Shown piece by piece: positions 25,072 to 35,105 of a DNA stretch of 64,000 nucleotides. Where the stretch lies: NCBI GenBank assembly GCA_021801235.1, contig JAJYYG010000054.1, forward strand, positions 2,794 to 66,793, read 5' to 3'. The position numbers were made by a program, and so were the translations under genes. Under the pieces are notes generated by a model that saw only the letters and a list, made by a program, of their open reading frames with translations, did no database searches and had not been told where the DNA came from. The stretch is from Actinomycetes bacterium. Its GTDB lineage: Bacteria > Actinomycetota > Acidimicrobiia > Acidimicrobiales > RAAP-2. Each line of letters begins with the position of its first letter. Within the stretch, counting starts at the first letter, position 1.

Positions 25072-26010
25072 GTGGCCACCGCCCCCGCGCTCGTCGTGCT
25101 CGCCGCGGGCCTGGCGCGCCGCTACGGCGGGTGCAAGCCGCTGGCCCCGGTGGGACCCGCCGGCGAGGCGGTGATCGACCTGGTCGTCAGCGACGCGGTG
25201 GAGGCCGGCTTCGGCGACGTCGTCCTGGTCCTCCATCCCGAGACCGGACCCGCCATCCGCTACCACGTCGAGCAGTGCTGGCCCCGCTCGGTGGCCGTGG
25301 CCTTCGCCGAGCAGGCGGTCCCCCGGGGGACGGTCGACGCGGTGCTGGCGGCCGGAGCGGCCCTCGGGGACCGGCGGCCGTTCGCCGTGGCCAACGCCGA
25401 CGACGTCTACGGGCAGGGCGCCATGGCCCTGGTCGCCCGCCACCTCGATCAGGACCACGACGAGCACGCCCTGATCGGCTACCACCTGCGGTCCACGGTG
25501 GTCTCCGACGCCCCGGTCACCCGGGCGGCGTGCGCCGTCGACGCGAGCGGACACCTGACCGGGCTGACCGAGCGCCGTCAGGTCGCCCGCCACGGCGACG
25601 GCGAGGCGTTCACAGCCCTCGACGGCACCCTCCCGGACAAGCTCGACGGCGACGTGCTGGTGTCGGTCAACCTCTGGGGTTTCCAGCCGGCCATCTGGCC
25701 GGTCCTCCATGCCGCCCTGGCGTCCGGAGCCCAGGCCGGCGGCGGTTCGACGGTGCCCACCGGCAGCGCAGGGGCGGCAACCCGGGCGCGGGGCGGCGAC
25801 CCGGGTGACCGGGGGCCGGAGGTGCTGCTCCCCGAGGTGGTGGGCGACATGGTCGCGACCCGGACCGGCCGTCGGGTGCGGGTCCTCCCCACGGCCGACC
25901 GCTGCCTCGGGGTCACCCACGCCGACGACCTCCCCCTGGTGGCGGCCGCACTCGACCGTCAGGTGGCGACCGGCGCCCGGCCGGCGCGACTGTGGGAGGG
26001 TCTCCGCTGA
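25072..26010 (+). CDS. Nucleotidyltransferase-family protein (sugar-phosphate NTP-transferase fold)
   Basis: N-terminal VVLAAGLARRYGGCKPLAPVG, a G-x-G-x-R...K loop, then GTVDAV and NADDVY. Confidence 0.7.
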   Translation: MATAPALVVLAAGLARRYGGCKPLAPVGPAGEAVIDLVVSDAVEAGFGDVVLVLHPETGPAIRYHVEQCWPRSVAVAFAEQAVPRGTVDAVLAAGAALGDRRPFAVANADDVYGQGAMALVARHLDQDHDEHALIGYHLRSTVVSDAPVTRAACAVDASGHLTGLTERRQVARHGDGEAFTALDGTLPDKLDGDVLVSVNLWGFQPAIWPVLHAALASGAQAGGGSTVPTGSAGAATRARGGDPGDRGPEVLLPEVVGDMVATRTGRRVRVLPTADRCLGVTHADDLPLVAAALDRQVATGARPARLWEGLR

Positions 26011-26127
26011 CGTTGCCCGCGGCTGTGCCCGACGTCAGGGACGGGCCGCACCCGACCCGGCCCGCTCCGCTGTCGGACACAGCCGAACCGGCGCCGTCCG
26101 ACCGGTAGGCTGCTCGGAGGCGACACC

Positions 26128-27045
26128 ATGACGCGCACCGGACGGCTGACCGTGAGCCTTGCCCTCAACGCCGCGCTGGTCGCCGTCCAGGTGGTGTTCG
26201 GACTGGCCGCCCACTCGGTCGGGCTCCTGGCCGACGCCGGCCACAACGTCACCGACGTCGCTTCCCTCGCCCTCTCGCTGGGCGCGGTGCGGTTCGCCAT
26301 GCGGCCCCGGAGCGCCGAGCGCTCGTTCGGCAACCACCGGGCGACCATCCTGGCGGCCCTGGCCAACGCCGTGGCGATCACCGCGGTGACCATCGTCATC
26401 GTCATCGAGGCGGTCCGCCGGCTCGGCCACCCCGAGCACGTCGACGCCGGGACGGTGGTGGTGGTCGCGGCGGCGGCCCTGGTGGTCAACGGGGCGGCCG
26501 CCCTACTCCTCCGCGACGGTACCGCGGACCTCAACATGCGCGCCGCCCTGGTGCACATGGCGGGCGACGCCCTGGCCTCGCTGGCCGTGCTGGTGTCGGC
26601 CGCCATCCTCATCGCAGTGCCCGGGGCGACGTGGCTCGATCCGGTCTCCGCCCTGGTGGTGGCCCTCATCATCGTCTACGAGGCGGCCGTCGTGTTCCGG
26701 GGCAGCATCTCGGTGCTCCTCGAGTCCACCCCGTCGGACGTCGACCTGGACCGGCTGACCACCGCCATCGGCGGGGTGCCGGGGGTGGTCGACGTGCACG
26801 ACCTCCACGTATGGAGCCTCTCGGGCGAGGTGAGGGCGCTCTCCGCCCACCTGGTGCTGGCCGGCCACCCGACCCTCGAAGAGGCCCACGCGGTGGGCCA
26901 ACAGGTCAAACGGGCGATCACCCGCCCGTTCGGCATCGCCCACAGCACCCTCGAGCTCGAATGCGAGCGGTGCACGGACGACGGCGACCCGTGCCTGGTC
27001 GACACGGCGGACCCGGGGGCGGCCGTGGGGGCCCACCGGCACTGA
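26128..27045 (+). CDS. Cation diffusion facilitator (CzcD/ZitB-type) efflux transporter
   Basis: 305 aa. TM2 has HNVTDVASL and TM5 has HMAGDALASL, the H/D metal sites. The C-terminal cytoplasmic domain has VHDLHVWSL. Confidence 0.9.
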   Translation: MTRTGRLTVSLALNAALVAVQVVFGLAAHSVGLLADAGHNVTDVASLALSLGAVRFAMRPRSAERSFGNHRATILAALANAVAITAVTIVIVIEAVRRLGHPEHVDAGTVVVVAAAALVVNGAAALLLRDGTADLNMRAALVHMAGDALASLAVLVSAAILIAVPGATWLDPVSALVVALIIVYEAAVVFRGSISVLLESTPSDVDLDRLTTAIGGVPGVVDVHDLHVWSLSGEVRALSAHLVLAGHPTLEEAHAVGQQVKRAITRPFGIAHSTLELECERCTDDGDPCLVDTADPGAAVGAHRH

Positions 27046-27267
27046 GCCCGCGTCCGGGCGAACCGCCGTCGGCCATCCGGGCGGCGCACCTCCCCGACTG
27101 GTGAGCCACCACCGGCCGTCCTACCATGATCCGGTCGCCATGAACCGCCTCTCCGCCCCTCCGGCCGTCGGGCCCACCCCGCGACCGGTCCCCCGCTCCA
27201 CGTCCGTCAGGCCCGCCAGACCCGGCGGGTCCGACGGCTCCTTCGGGCCCGGAAGCGACCGCCGCCG

Positions 27268-28242
27268 GTGAGACCGCCCCCGCTGCCCCCGTTCGGCATC
27301 CGTGCCGTCTGGACCGTGCTGACCGCGTTCCCCTCCGGGCCCTGGGTGGTGGCCTCGCTGGTCGCCGAACTGGTCGCCGTCGGCTGGTACCTGCACGCCG
27401 TGGGCGTCCTTCGCTCCCGGGGGAGGACCTGGCCGGCCACGCGCACCGCCGCCTTCATGGTCGGGGTCTTCTGCGTCGCCCTCGCCTGGCAGAGCGGCAT
27501 CCCGGTCTACGCCGGGTCGATCTTCTCCATCCACATCATCCAGCACCTCCTGCTCATGTCGGTCGCCCCCATCCTGTTCGCCCTCTCCTCCCCGGTCACC
27601 CTCGCCATGCAGACCACCACCCGTGCCCGGAAGGTCGCCGCGCTGCGGCTCCTGCACGGCCGGACCGTCCGGACCCTCACCCACCCCCTCGTCTCCGGAG
27701 CGGGGAACTACGGGCTGATGTTCTGGTTCTTCCTCGACGGCGGCATCGTGGTGTCCATGGCCCATCCGGCGATGATGGACGCGGTCAACTGCCTGTTCCT
27801 CTTCTTCGGCTGCCTGGTGTGGTGGCCGGTCCTCTCCGTCGACTACCTGGGTCGCCGGCGCTATCTCCCGCCTGTCCGGCTGCTCCTCGGGCTCTCGGGC
27901 ATGCCCTTCGACACGGTCCTCGCCATCTCGCTGCTGGCCGGCGGGGCCAGCACCTCGATCGCCCCCACCATGTACACCCTCACCTCGGTCCAGGAGGGCG
28001 CCGCCGTCTTCTGGATCTTCGCCATGAACATCGCCGCGCTGGGAAGCATCCTCCCGGCGCGCCAGTGGCTCGCCGGGGAGCGCCGCAAGAGCGGACGCAA
28101 CGACGACGTCCTGGACCAGCGGGCGGTGGTCCGCAACGAGTCGCGCTACGGGTGGTGGGGCACCGAGGTGCCGATCGAGGCGGACGGGACCATGCGGGTC
28201 CCCTGGTCGACCGCGGAGCCCGACACGGGCCGGGTGGGCTGA
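27268..28242 (+). CDS. Cytochrome c oxidase assembly protein (caa3 CtaG-type membrane protein)
   Basis: 324 aa and polytopic. Motifs: YLHAVGVLRSRGRTWPATRTAAFMVG and HIIQHLLLMSVAPILFALSSP. GTG start. Confidence 0.75.
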   Translation: MRPPPLPPFGIRAVWTVLTAFPSGPWVVASLVAELVAVGWYLHAVGVLRSRGRTWPATRTAAFMVGVFCVALAWQSGIPVYAGSIFSIHIIQHLLLMSVAPILFALSSPVTLAMQTTTRARKVAALRLLHGRTVRTLTHPLVSGAGNYGLMFWFFLDGGIVVSMAHPAMMDAVNCLFLFFGCLVWWPVLSVDYLGRRRYLPPVRLLLGLSGMPFDTVLAISLLAGGASTSIAPTMYTLTSVQEGAAVFWIFAMNIAALGSILPARQWLAGERRKSGRNDDVLDQRAVVRNESRYGWWGTEVPIEADGTMRVPWSTAEPDTGRVG

Positions 28243-28248
28243 CCGGCC

Positions 28249-30111
28249 GTGGGACAGGGAGCCGACCTCCCCGCCCGGTACCTCAGCGCGCTGGTGACCC
28301 ACCGGGCCGAGCTCGGCCTGGTGATCGGGGCGCTGGTGGCGGCGGTCGTCCTGTGGCGGAGCGGGGCCCGCCCGGCCCATCCGGCAGCCGGCTCGCCCCC
28401 CGCCGACCGGTTGGCCCCCGGCCGGACCGGGGACGCCGCCGGTGGGTCCGGCGGGGAGCCGCGGGCACGGAGGGTGCTCCGCATCGGCTTCGGTCTCCTC
28501 TGGGTCGTCGACGGGATCCTCCAGGCCCAGCCGTCGATGCCCCGCCAGTTCGTCCCCATGGTCGTCGAACCCTCCCTCTCCGGCCAGCCCGCCTGGCTCA
28601 CCAACTTCGACCGGGTCGCCGTCAACCTCTGGACCTCCCACAGCGTGTCCACCGACGCGTTCACGGTGTTCTTCCAGGTGGCGATCGGCCTCGCCATCAT
28701 CCTCGGCGGCGACGGCCTCCTCGCCCGCGTCGGGCTGTCCGCCTCGATCGCCTGGGGGCTCGTGGTCTGGGTCGCCGGCGAGGCGTTCGGCGGGGTGCTG
28801 GCGCCCGGAGCCACCTGGCTCACCGGGTCACCCGGTGCGGTGCTCTTCTACATCGCCGCCGCGGTCGTGCTCCTGGCCGTCCCCTCGCAACGTTGGTCGG
28901 ACCGAGGGTTCGCGGTGTGGTCCACCCGGGGGATGGGGGCCCTGTGGCTCGTCCTGGCCGGCCTCCAGGCCCTGCCCTCCGAAGGCTTCTGGAGGCCGGG
29001 GTCGCTCGGGCAGGTCCTCACCAACGCCGCGTCCAACCCCCAGCCGTCGGTGTTGGCCCGTCCCATGGCGGCACTGGCCGGGCCGGTCGCCCGCCATCCC
29101 GCCCCCTTCAACGCCGCTCTGGTCGCGGCGATGGCCGTGCTCGGCGTCGGGCTGCTGTCGGGGCGGGCCGCACGGGCCTGGTTGGGCGCCTCCGCTGTCT
29201 GGCTGCTGGCCACCTGGTGGTTGGGGATGGACTTCGGTGTCCTCGGCGGGGTCGGGAGCGACCCCAACAGCGCACTGGCGGTGGGTCTGTTCGTCGGGGC
29301 CGCCTGGGTCGCCCGGGATGCGGTGCGGGCCGGGGAGCAGACGGCCTCCGCGGACCCCGCCGGCCCGGTCCGGTCTGCTCCGACGGTCGGGCCCTCCGGT
29401 CGTTCCGCGCCAGGAGGACCGGGGCGCCAGCCGGCGTGGTGGCGTCCCGCGCTCGCCCTGTGGCTGGGCACCGCTGCCCTGGTCACCACGGTCTGGACGG
29501 CGGTGCCGGTGCTGGGCGCCCTCCCCGTCGCCGCCGCCACCCCTACCGCCGTCACCCCCGCGCTCGTCGACAGCGGGGGGCTGGCGTCCGTCCCGGGCTC
29601 CCCGGCCGCCCCCGACTTCCACCTGGTCGACCAGCTCGGCCGGGTCCGCAGCCTCTCGTCGTGGCGGGGCAAGGTGGTCATCCTCTCCTTCCTCGACCCG
29701 GTCTGCTACTCGACCTGCCCGGTGGTCGCCCAGGAGCTGTCAGAGGTCGCCACCCTCCTCGACGCCCACCGGAGCCAGCTCGAGTTCGTCAGCATCGACG
29801 CCAACCCGGACTTCCGCTCCCCGGCGGTGCTGCGCAGCTTCGACGCCGAGCACGGCATCGCCTCGCTGGACGACTGGGAGTTCCTGACCGGCTCCCCGGC
29901 CCAGCTCGCTGCCGTCTGGAACGCCTACGGAGCGGTCACCGAGACACCCCAGGTGGGCATGGTCGCCCACAGCCTTCTGCTGTACATCATCGGGCCCACC
30001 GGCAGGGAGATGGAGATCACCCAGGCCACCGGCTCGCCCGGTCCCGGTCTGGAGGCCTCCTACGCCCAGCTCTTCGCCGACGCCGCCGGGCGGCTCCTCC
30101 CGCGTGCCTGA
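28249..30111 (+). CDS. Fusion of a polytopic membrane domain with a C-terminal SCO1/SenC thioredoxin-like copper chaperone domain
   Basis: 620 aa. The first ~430 aa are hydrophobic. The C-terminus has HLVDQLGRVRSLSSWRGKVVILSFLDPVCYSTCPVVAQEL, a SCO CxxxC copper site. Confidence 0.75.
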   Translation: MGQGADLPARYLSALVTHRAELGLVIGALVAAVVLWRSGARPAHPAAGSPPADRLAPGRTGDAAGGSGGEPRARRVLRIGFGLLWVVDGILQAQPSMPRQFVPMVVEPSLSGQPAWLTNFDRVAVNLWTSHSVSTDAFTVFFQVAIGLAIILGGDGLLARVGLSASIAWGLVVWVAGEAFGGVLAPGATWLTGSPGAVLFYIAAAVVLLAVPSQRWSDRGFAVWSTRGMGALWLVLAGLQALPSEGFWRPGSLGQVLTNAASNPQPSVLARPMAALAGPVARHPAPFNAALVAAMAVLGVGLLSGRAARAWLGASAVWLLATWWLGMDFGVLGGVGSDPNSALAVGLFVGAAWVARDAVRAGEQTASADPAGPVRSAPTVGPSGRSAPGGPGRQPAWWRPALALWLGTAALVTTVWTAVPVLGALPVAAATPTAVTPALVDSGGLASVPGSPAAPDFHLVDQLGRVRSLSSWRGKVVILSFLDPVCYSTCPVVAQELSEVATLLDAHRSQLEFVSIDANPDFRSPAVLRSFDAEHGIASLDDWEFLTGSPAQLAAVWNAYGAVTETPQVGMVAHSLLLYIIGPTGREMEITQATGSPGPGLEASYAQLFADAAGRLLPRA

Positions 30112-31432
30112 GCGTCCCCGGTTCCGCCGGGTCGCCGTGGCGGCCGGTGCCGTCATGCTGGCCGCCCTGCTCGCCTCGTGCGGCGGCGGATCGGCTCCGG
30201 TGGCGTCACAGGTCGCGGTCGCGCCGGTGACGGTGGCCCCCCGGTGGACCGGGCGTTCGTCGGCCGCCCTGACCGGTGCGACGAGCGGATGGGTGGTCGG
30301 CGCCGACCCCGCCAGCATCCAGGCCGGAGGGCCGAACGCCAACCTCCGCCCCCTGTGGGCGCTCTACCGGGTCACCGGACCGACCGCGGCCGACGTCACC
30401 CCCGCGGGCATCACCACCCGCGGCGGGCTCACCGTCTCGGCCCCGGCGCCGGACGTCGCCTGGGCGGGGATCGGGAGCTACCGCCAGCAACTGGACGGAG
30501 CGGTGGCCGTCACCACCGACGGCGGGCGCACCTGGACGGACGGGGTCCTCCCCGGCCTGTTCGACCCGGTGCCCGACGGGCTGGTCGCCACCGACGCCGT
30601 GCATGCCTGGGTCCTCCTCGGACGGGGGTCGACGCAGTCCGTGGTGACGACGTCGGACGCCGGCGGTTCCTGGCTGACGGTGGCCTCCTCCGGTGCCGTC
30701 CTGGGCGCCGACAGCTCGCGGTGTGGGCTCTCGGGCATCGGGATGTCCGGCCGGGTCCTCTGGCTGGGCACCACCTGCTCCGGGCCCGGACCCGCCCTCC
30801 TGTTCCGGTCGACGCCGGTCGGGACCGGGGCGCCGGCTGCGGTCGGCTGGACCGCCGTGCCGGTGGGACCGACCCTCGCCCCCCGTGCCCACGCGAGGAC
30901 CACCCCTCCCGGCACCGCCCAGACCGGTCCCGACCGGGCACTGGTGACCACGTCGGCGACGTTGTCGGTGGCGAGCATCTCCGCCGCCGTGGGGACCGGG
31001 ACCGCTCCGCCCGCGGTGGTCGGGGCCGTGCCCATCTCCCCGGTCGGGGCCGTGTCCTCCGCCCCGGTCGGAGCCGTGTCATCCACCCCGGTCGGGGCCG
31101 TGTGGGCGTCGCTCGCCGCGCCCTTCGGGGCCGTCCTCGCCACGTCGACGAGCGCTCCCCTGGCGGCCGCCCCTCCCTCCACTGCCGCCCCTGCCGTCGT
31201 CTTGTCGGTGACGGACGACGGTGGCGGCAGCTGGGAGCCGGCGTCCCTGCCGCTACCGTCGGCGGGCCGCTACGGCGCGGTGGGAGTGGGCACGGCCGGG
31301 ACGATCTGGGTGGTGGGGAGCGATCCGTCGGGGCCCACCCTCTGGGTGTCGCCGGACGCAGGGGCGCACTGGTCGTCGGTCCACCTCCCGCCTCCCGACA
31401 CCGCGGCCGGTCTTCCCGCCGCCGGCAGCTGA
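30104..31432 (+). CDS. Lipoprotein with BNR/Asp-box repeats (Ycf48/sialidase-like beta-propeller)
   Basis: Lipobox LLASCGG. Asp-boxes: TTDGGRTW, TSDAGGSW, TDDGGGSW, SPDAGAHW. Internal PVGAVSS x3 repeat. The start overlaps the SCO-fusion stop by 8 nt. Confidence 0.7.
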   Translation: MPERPRFRRVAVAAGAVMLAALLASCGGGSAPVASQVAVAPVTVAPRWTGRSSAALTGATSGWVVGADPASIQAGGPNANLRPLWALYRVTGPTAADVTPAGITTRGGLTVSAPAPDVAWAGIGSYRQQLDGAVAVTTDGGRTWTDGVLPGLFDPVPDGLVATDAVHAWVLLGRGSTQSVVTTSDAGGSWLTVASSGAVLGADSSRCGLSGIGMSGRVLWLGTTCSGPGPALLFRSTPVGTGAPAAVGWTAVPVGPTLAPRAHARTTPPGTAQTGPDRALVTTSATLSVASISAAVGTGTAPPAVVGAVPISPVGAVSSAPVGAVSSTPVGAVWASLAAPFGAVLATSTSAPLAAAPPSTAAPAVVLSVTDDGGGSWEPASLPLPSAGRYGAVGVGTAGTIWVVGSDPSGPTLWVSPDAGAHWSSVHLPPPDTAAGLPAAGS

Positions 31433-31452
31433 GCCGGACCCGGACGCGCCGC

Positions 31453-31498
31453 GGCCCCGAGTAACCGGGCGGCCGGGCCGCCCCAGCTCCTCGGGGCC
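31453..31498 (+). terminator. GC-rich nested hairpin downstream of the BNR lipoprotein gene
   Basis: Outer stem GGCCCCGAG (31453-31461) pairs with CTCGGGGCC (31490-31498) and encloses GGGCGGCC/GGCCGCCC. No U-tract, as is common in high-GC actinobacteria. Confidence 0.35.
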
Positions 31499-31903
31499 AC
31501 AGGCATGACCCGCCCGGATCGCTGGCGCCGGGCCGTGTCGGACGACCCTGCCGCGAGCACCGGACCGTCGGACCTGGGGCCCCGGCCCGTCACCGGACGA
31601 GCGTGCCGGGAACCGCACGCCCACCGGCCTCGGTGGCCGGACCCTGCGGCCCCGCCTTCGGCTCCGCGGTCGGTGGTCCCGGAGCCTGCCTCGCGGCCAC
31701 CCCGGTCCTCTCCGTCCGCCGGTGGGGCTTGCGCCTCCCGAACGTCTCCCACCTTGCGCCGCTCCGGTGCCACCGTCAAGAGCGATCGACGAAATCCCCT
31801 TGTTTTCCCCCGCAACGCAAGGAGTTTCCCCAAGCGGACCGACACGTTCCACGGTTCTTCCCCAGCCCTGCCCACAACCTGCTCCGGGGACACGGCCGCA
31901 GGG

Positions 31904-33343
31904 TCAGCCCCGCAACCGCTGCAGCTCGGCCACCACCGCCTTGCCGTTTGCCTGGCCCCGGGTCGCCTTCATCACCCGCCCGACGAAGACCTGGGCAAGC
32001 TTGTCCTCGCCATCGCGGTAGCGCGCCCAGGCGTCCGGCTCGGCCGCCACCGCCTCGGCCACCGTCGCCGTCAGGGAGTCCGTCGACATCGCCTCGAACC
32101 CCTTCGCCCGGGCGATGACGGCCGGATCGCCGCCGCCGGCGGCCAGGAGCTCGCCGAGCACCGCCTTGGACTGGGTGGCACTCAGGGACCCGGCCGCCTC
32201 CATGGTCAACAAGGCGACGTAGGCCCCGAGGTCGAGCCGCCGGGCCGCCTCCGCGTCGGTGGCCGCCTCGTTGGCGGTCCGGGCGAGCGCCAACGTCACC
32301 GGGACCCCGGCGGCGGCGGCCTCCACCACCAGATCGTCGAGCCCGAGGTCGACCACGGTGGCCACCTGGTCGCGCCGGCCGTCGACCGCGTCCGTCCCCT
32401 GGCCCAGCAGCTCGGTGAGCCGCGCCCGTCGCTGGGCCGGCATCAGCCCCAAGGTGTCCGCCACCGCCGCCTTCCACTCGGGATCGGGCACCACCGGCAC
32501 CAGGTCGGGCTCCCGGAAGTACCGGTAGTCGTAGGCCTCCTCCTTGGAACGCAGCGTCTCCGTCCTCCCGGCCGTCTCGTCCCAGTGGCGGGTCTGCTGC
32601 TCCACCGCCTCGCCGGCCTCGAGCAGGGTGATCTGGCGTTCCGCCTCGTACTCGATGGCGCGCCCGAGGGAGCGGACCGAGTTGAGGTTCTTGATCTCGC
32701 ACCGGGTGCCGAACGGGGCGTCGGGCGACCGCCGCACGGACACGTTGGCGTCGACGCGCATCGAGCCCTCCTCCATCTTCCCGTCCGAGGCACCGCTCGC
32801 CACCAGGATGGCGCGCAGCTCGGTGGCGTACGCGCGCGCCTGCGCCGCGTCCCGGAGGTCCGGGGCGCTCACGATCTCCACCAAGGGCACGCCCGACCGG
32901 TTGTAGTCGACCAGCGAGTAGTCGGCACCGTGGATCCGTCCGGAGGCTCCCGCGTGGGTCGTCTTCCCGGTGTCCTCCTCCATGTGGGCGCGCTCGATAC
33001 GGACCCGGAACCCGTCGGGCAGCTCGAGCCAGCCGTCCACGTTGATCGGTTCGTCGTACTGGCTGATCTGGTAGTCCTTCGCCTGGTCCGGGTAGAAGTA
33101 GTTCTTCCGGTGGAAGGTCGACGGACGGATGTCGCAGTGCAGCGCGGTGCCGATGGCCATCGCCAGCTCCACCGCCCGCTGGTTCAGCACCGGGAGCGAG
33201 CCGGGCAGGCCGAGGCACACCGGGCAGACGTTCGTGTTCGGCTCGTCCCCGAACATGTTGCGGCATCCACAGAACAGCTTCGTCTCGGTGCGGAGCTCGC
33301 AGTGCACCTCGAGCCCGATCACCAGGTGCCAACCGTCGGTCAT
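31904..33343 (-). CDS. gatB: Asp-tRNA(Asn)/Glu-tRNA(Gln) amidotransferase subunit B
   Basis: Re-called ATG at 33343 ([27 protein letters not shown]...). 479 aa. The ATG overlaps the gatA stop (ATGA). Confidence 0.95.
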   Translation of the reverse strand: MTDGWHLVIGLEVHCELRTETKLFCGCRNMFGDEPNTNVCPVCLGLPGSLPVLNQRAVELAMAIGTALHCDIRPSTFHRKNYFYPDQAKDYQISQYDEPINVDGWLELPDGFRVRIERAHMEEDTGKTTHAGASGRIHGADYSLVDYNRSGVPLVEIVSAPDLRDAAQARAYATELRAILVASGASDGKMEEGSMRVDANVSVRRSPDAPFGTRCEIKNLNSVRSLGRAIEYEAERQITLLEAGEAVEQQTRHWDETAGRTETLRSKEEAYDYRYFREPDLVPVVPDPEWKAAVADTLGLMPAQRRARLTELLGQGTDAVDGRRDQVATVVDLGLDDLVVEAAAAGVPVTLALARTANEAATDAEAARRLDLGAYVALLTMEAAGSLSATQSKAVLGELLAAGGGDPAVIARAKGFEAMSTDSLTATVAEAVAAEPDAWARYRDGEDKLAQVFVGRVMKATRGQANGKAVVAELQRLRG

Positions 33344-34797
33344 GTCGTCCCCCCACCTCGACCCGAGCCGTCCGGCGCGGCCGCCTCCACCACGGCCGCC
33401 GCCCGGAACAGCGTGCTCTCGGCCAGCGCCGGCGCCAGCAGCTGCACGCCGACCGGGAGCCCGGCGTCGTCCGTCCCGAACGGGACGCTGATGGCCGGAT
33501 GACCGGCCAGGTTGGTCGGGATGGTGCACACGTCCGACAGGTACATGGACAGCGGGTCTCCGACCTTGGCGCCCAGGGGGAACGCGGTGGTGGGCGTCGT
33601 CGGTCCGAGCAGCACGTCGCACCGCTGGTACGCCCGGGCGAACCCCTCGATGATCAGGGTGCGGACCCGGAGGGCCTTGCCGTAGTAGGCGTCCATGTAG
33701 CCGGCGGAGAGCGCGTAGGTGCCGAGCATGACCCGTCGCTTGACCTCGGCGCCGAACCCGGCCGACCGGGTGGCGGTGTTCATCGCCACCGTGTCGTCGG
33801 CGTCGACGCGGAGCCCGAACCGGACCCCGTCGTAGCGGGCCAGGTTGGACGAGGCCTCGGCGGGAGCGATGAGGTAGTACGCGGACAGGGCGAGGGCCAC
33901 CTCGGGGACCGAGACCTCCTCGACCCGCGCACCCGCCGCGGCGAGCGCCTCGGCCGCGGCACGGGCGCGTGCGACGACCACCGGATCGGCGCCGTCGAGA
34001 AACTCGGCGAGCACGCCCACGGTCATCCCCTCGACCCCGTCGTCGAGCACCGAGAGGACCCGCGGGGTCGGACGGTTCAGCGAGGTGGAGTCGGCCTCGT
34101 CGTGCCCGCCGATCACGTCGAAGCAGAGCGCGGCGTCGGCGACCGACCGGGCGAAGGGGCCGACCTGGTCGAGGGAGCTGGCGAACGCGACCAGCCCGTA
34201 CCGGGAGACGGTGCCGTAGGTCGGCTTCATCCCGACCACGCCGCACAGGGCGGCAGGCTGGCGAATGGAGCCTCCGGTGTCCGAGCCGAGGGCGATCGGT
34301 GCGAACCCGGCGGCCACGGCCGCCGCCGACCCGCCGGAGGAGCCGCCGGGGACCCGGTCGAGGTCGTGGGGGTTGCGGGTGGGCCCGGTGGCCGAGGTCT
34401 CCGTGGACGAGCCCATGGCGAACTCGTCCATGTTCGTCTTGCCCACCACGACCGCCCCCGCCCGGCGCAACCGGGTCACCACGGTCGCGTCGTAGGGGGG
34501 GCGCCACCCGGCGAGGATGGCGGACGAGCAGGTGGTCGGAACCCCCCGGGTGCACAGGTTGTCCTTCAGGGCGACCGGCACTCCGGCGAGGAGGCCGGGA
34601 TCGTGCCCGGCGTCCACCGCGGCGTCGACCGCCGCCGCATCGCTCCGGGCCTGCTCCCTGGTGACCAGGTTGAAGGCGTGGATCCCCGCTTCGGCCGCGT
34701 CGATGGCCGCCAGGTGCCCTTCCAGCACGGTGGCGGCCCGCACGGTCCCGGAACGGACCGCCGAAGCGACCTCGGTTGCCGTCGGCGCCGCGGTCAC
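33340..34797 (-). CDS. gatA: Glu-tRNA(Gln) amidotransferase subunit A
   Basis: 485 aa with an amidase signature: [15 protein letters not shown] and [12 protein letters not shown]. Confidence 0.95.
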   Translation of the reverse strand: MTAAPTATEVASAVRSGTVRAATVLEGHLAAIDAAEAGIHAFNLVTREQARSDAAAVDAAVDAGHDPGLLAGVPVALKDNLCTRGVPTTCSSAILAGWRPPYDATVVTRLRRAGAVVVGKTNMDEFAMGSSTETSATGPTRNPHDLDRVPGGSSGGSAAAVAAGFAPIALGSDTGGSIRQPAALCGVVGMKPTYGTVSRYGLVAFASSLDQVGPFARSVADAALCFDVIGGHDEADSTSLNRPTPRVLSVLDDGVEGMTVGVLAEFLDGADPVVVARARAAAEALAAAGARVEEVSVPEVALALSAYYLIAPAEASSNLARYDGVRFGLRVDADDTVAMNTATRSAGFGAEVKRRVMLGTYALSAGYMDAYYGKALRVRTLIIEGFARAYQRCDVLLGPTTPTTAFPLGAKVGDPLSMYLSDVCTIPTNLAGHPAISVPFGTDDAGLPVGVQLLAPALAESTLFRAAAVVEAAAPDGSGRGGGTT

Positions 34798-35105
34798 GGC
34801 GCCTCCCCGAGGAGCTTGGGCACCCGGAACCGGTGGTCCTCCACGTCGGGGGCGGCCGCCAGCACCTCGTCCCGGTCGAGCCCGGGCCGGGGCGTGTCGC
34901 TGCGGAGCACGTTGGTGACGGCCATGGCGTGGGCGGTCGGGGCGACCCCTTCGAGGTCGAGCGTGGCCACGTCGGCAGCGTGGTCGAGGATCACGGCAAG
35001 CTGCCCGGTGAACAGCTCGAGCTCGGCGTCGGTGAGGTGCAGCCGGGCGAGCCGGGCGACATGGGCCACCTCGTCCCGGGTGATCCGGGCCGGTCCGTCG
35101 GTCAC
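34794..35105 (-). CDS. gatC: Glu-tRNA(Gln) amidotransferase subunit C
   Basis: Re-called GTG at 35105 ([30 protein letters not shown]...). 103 aa. 4-nt overlaps at both ends. Confidence 0.85.
   Translation of the reverse strand: MTDGPARITRDEVAHVARLARLHLTDAELELFTGQLAVILDHAADVATLDLEGVAPTAHAMAVTNVLRSDTPRPGLDRDEVLAAAPDVEDHRFRVPKLLGEAP

Noticed and set aside
27140-27271. A 43-codon ATG ORF (MNRLSAPPAVGPTPRPVPRSTSVRPARPGGSDGSFGPGSDRRR) whose stop overlaps the CtaG-like GTG start.
   Set aside because: It is Pro/Arg/Gly-rich low complexity typical of GC noise, with no RBS and no membrane or structural features. The GTGA overlap can arise by chance.
31880-31910. A GGGGCTGA string on the minus strand, resembling a tmRNA 5' end, in and next to the 470-bp convergent spacer at 31433-31903.
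   Set aside because: The string contains the gatB stop codon. No tRNA-like 3' end (GGTTCGAATCC...CCA) or tag reading frame follows. I also saw no RNase P, SRP or 6S hallmarks in the spacer.
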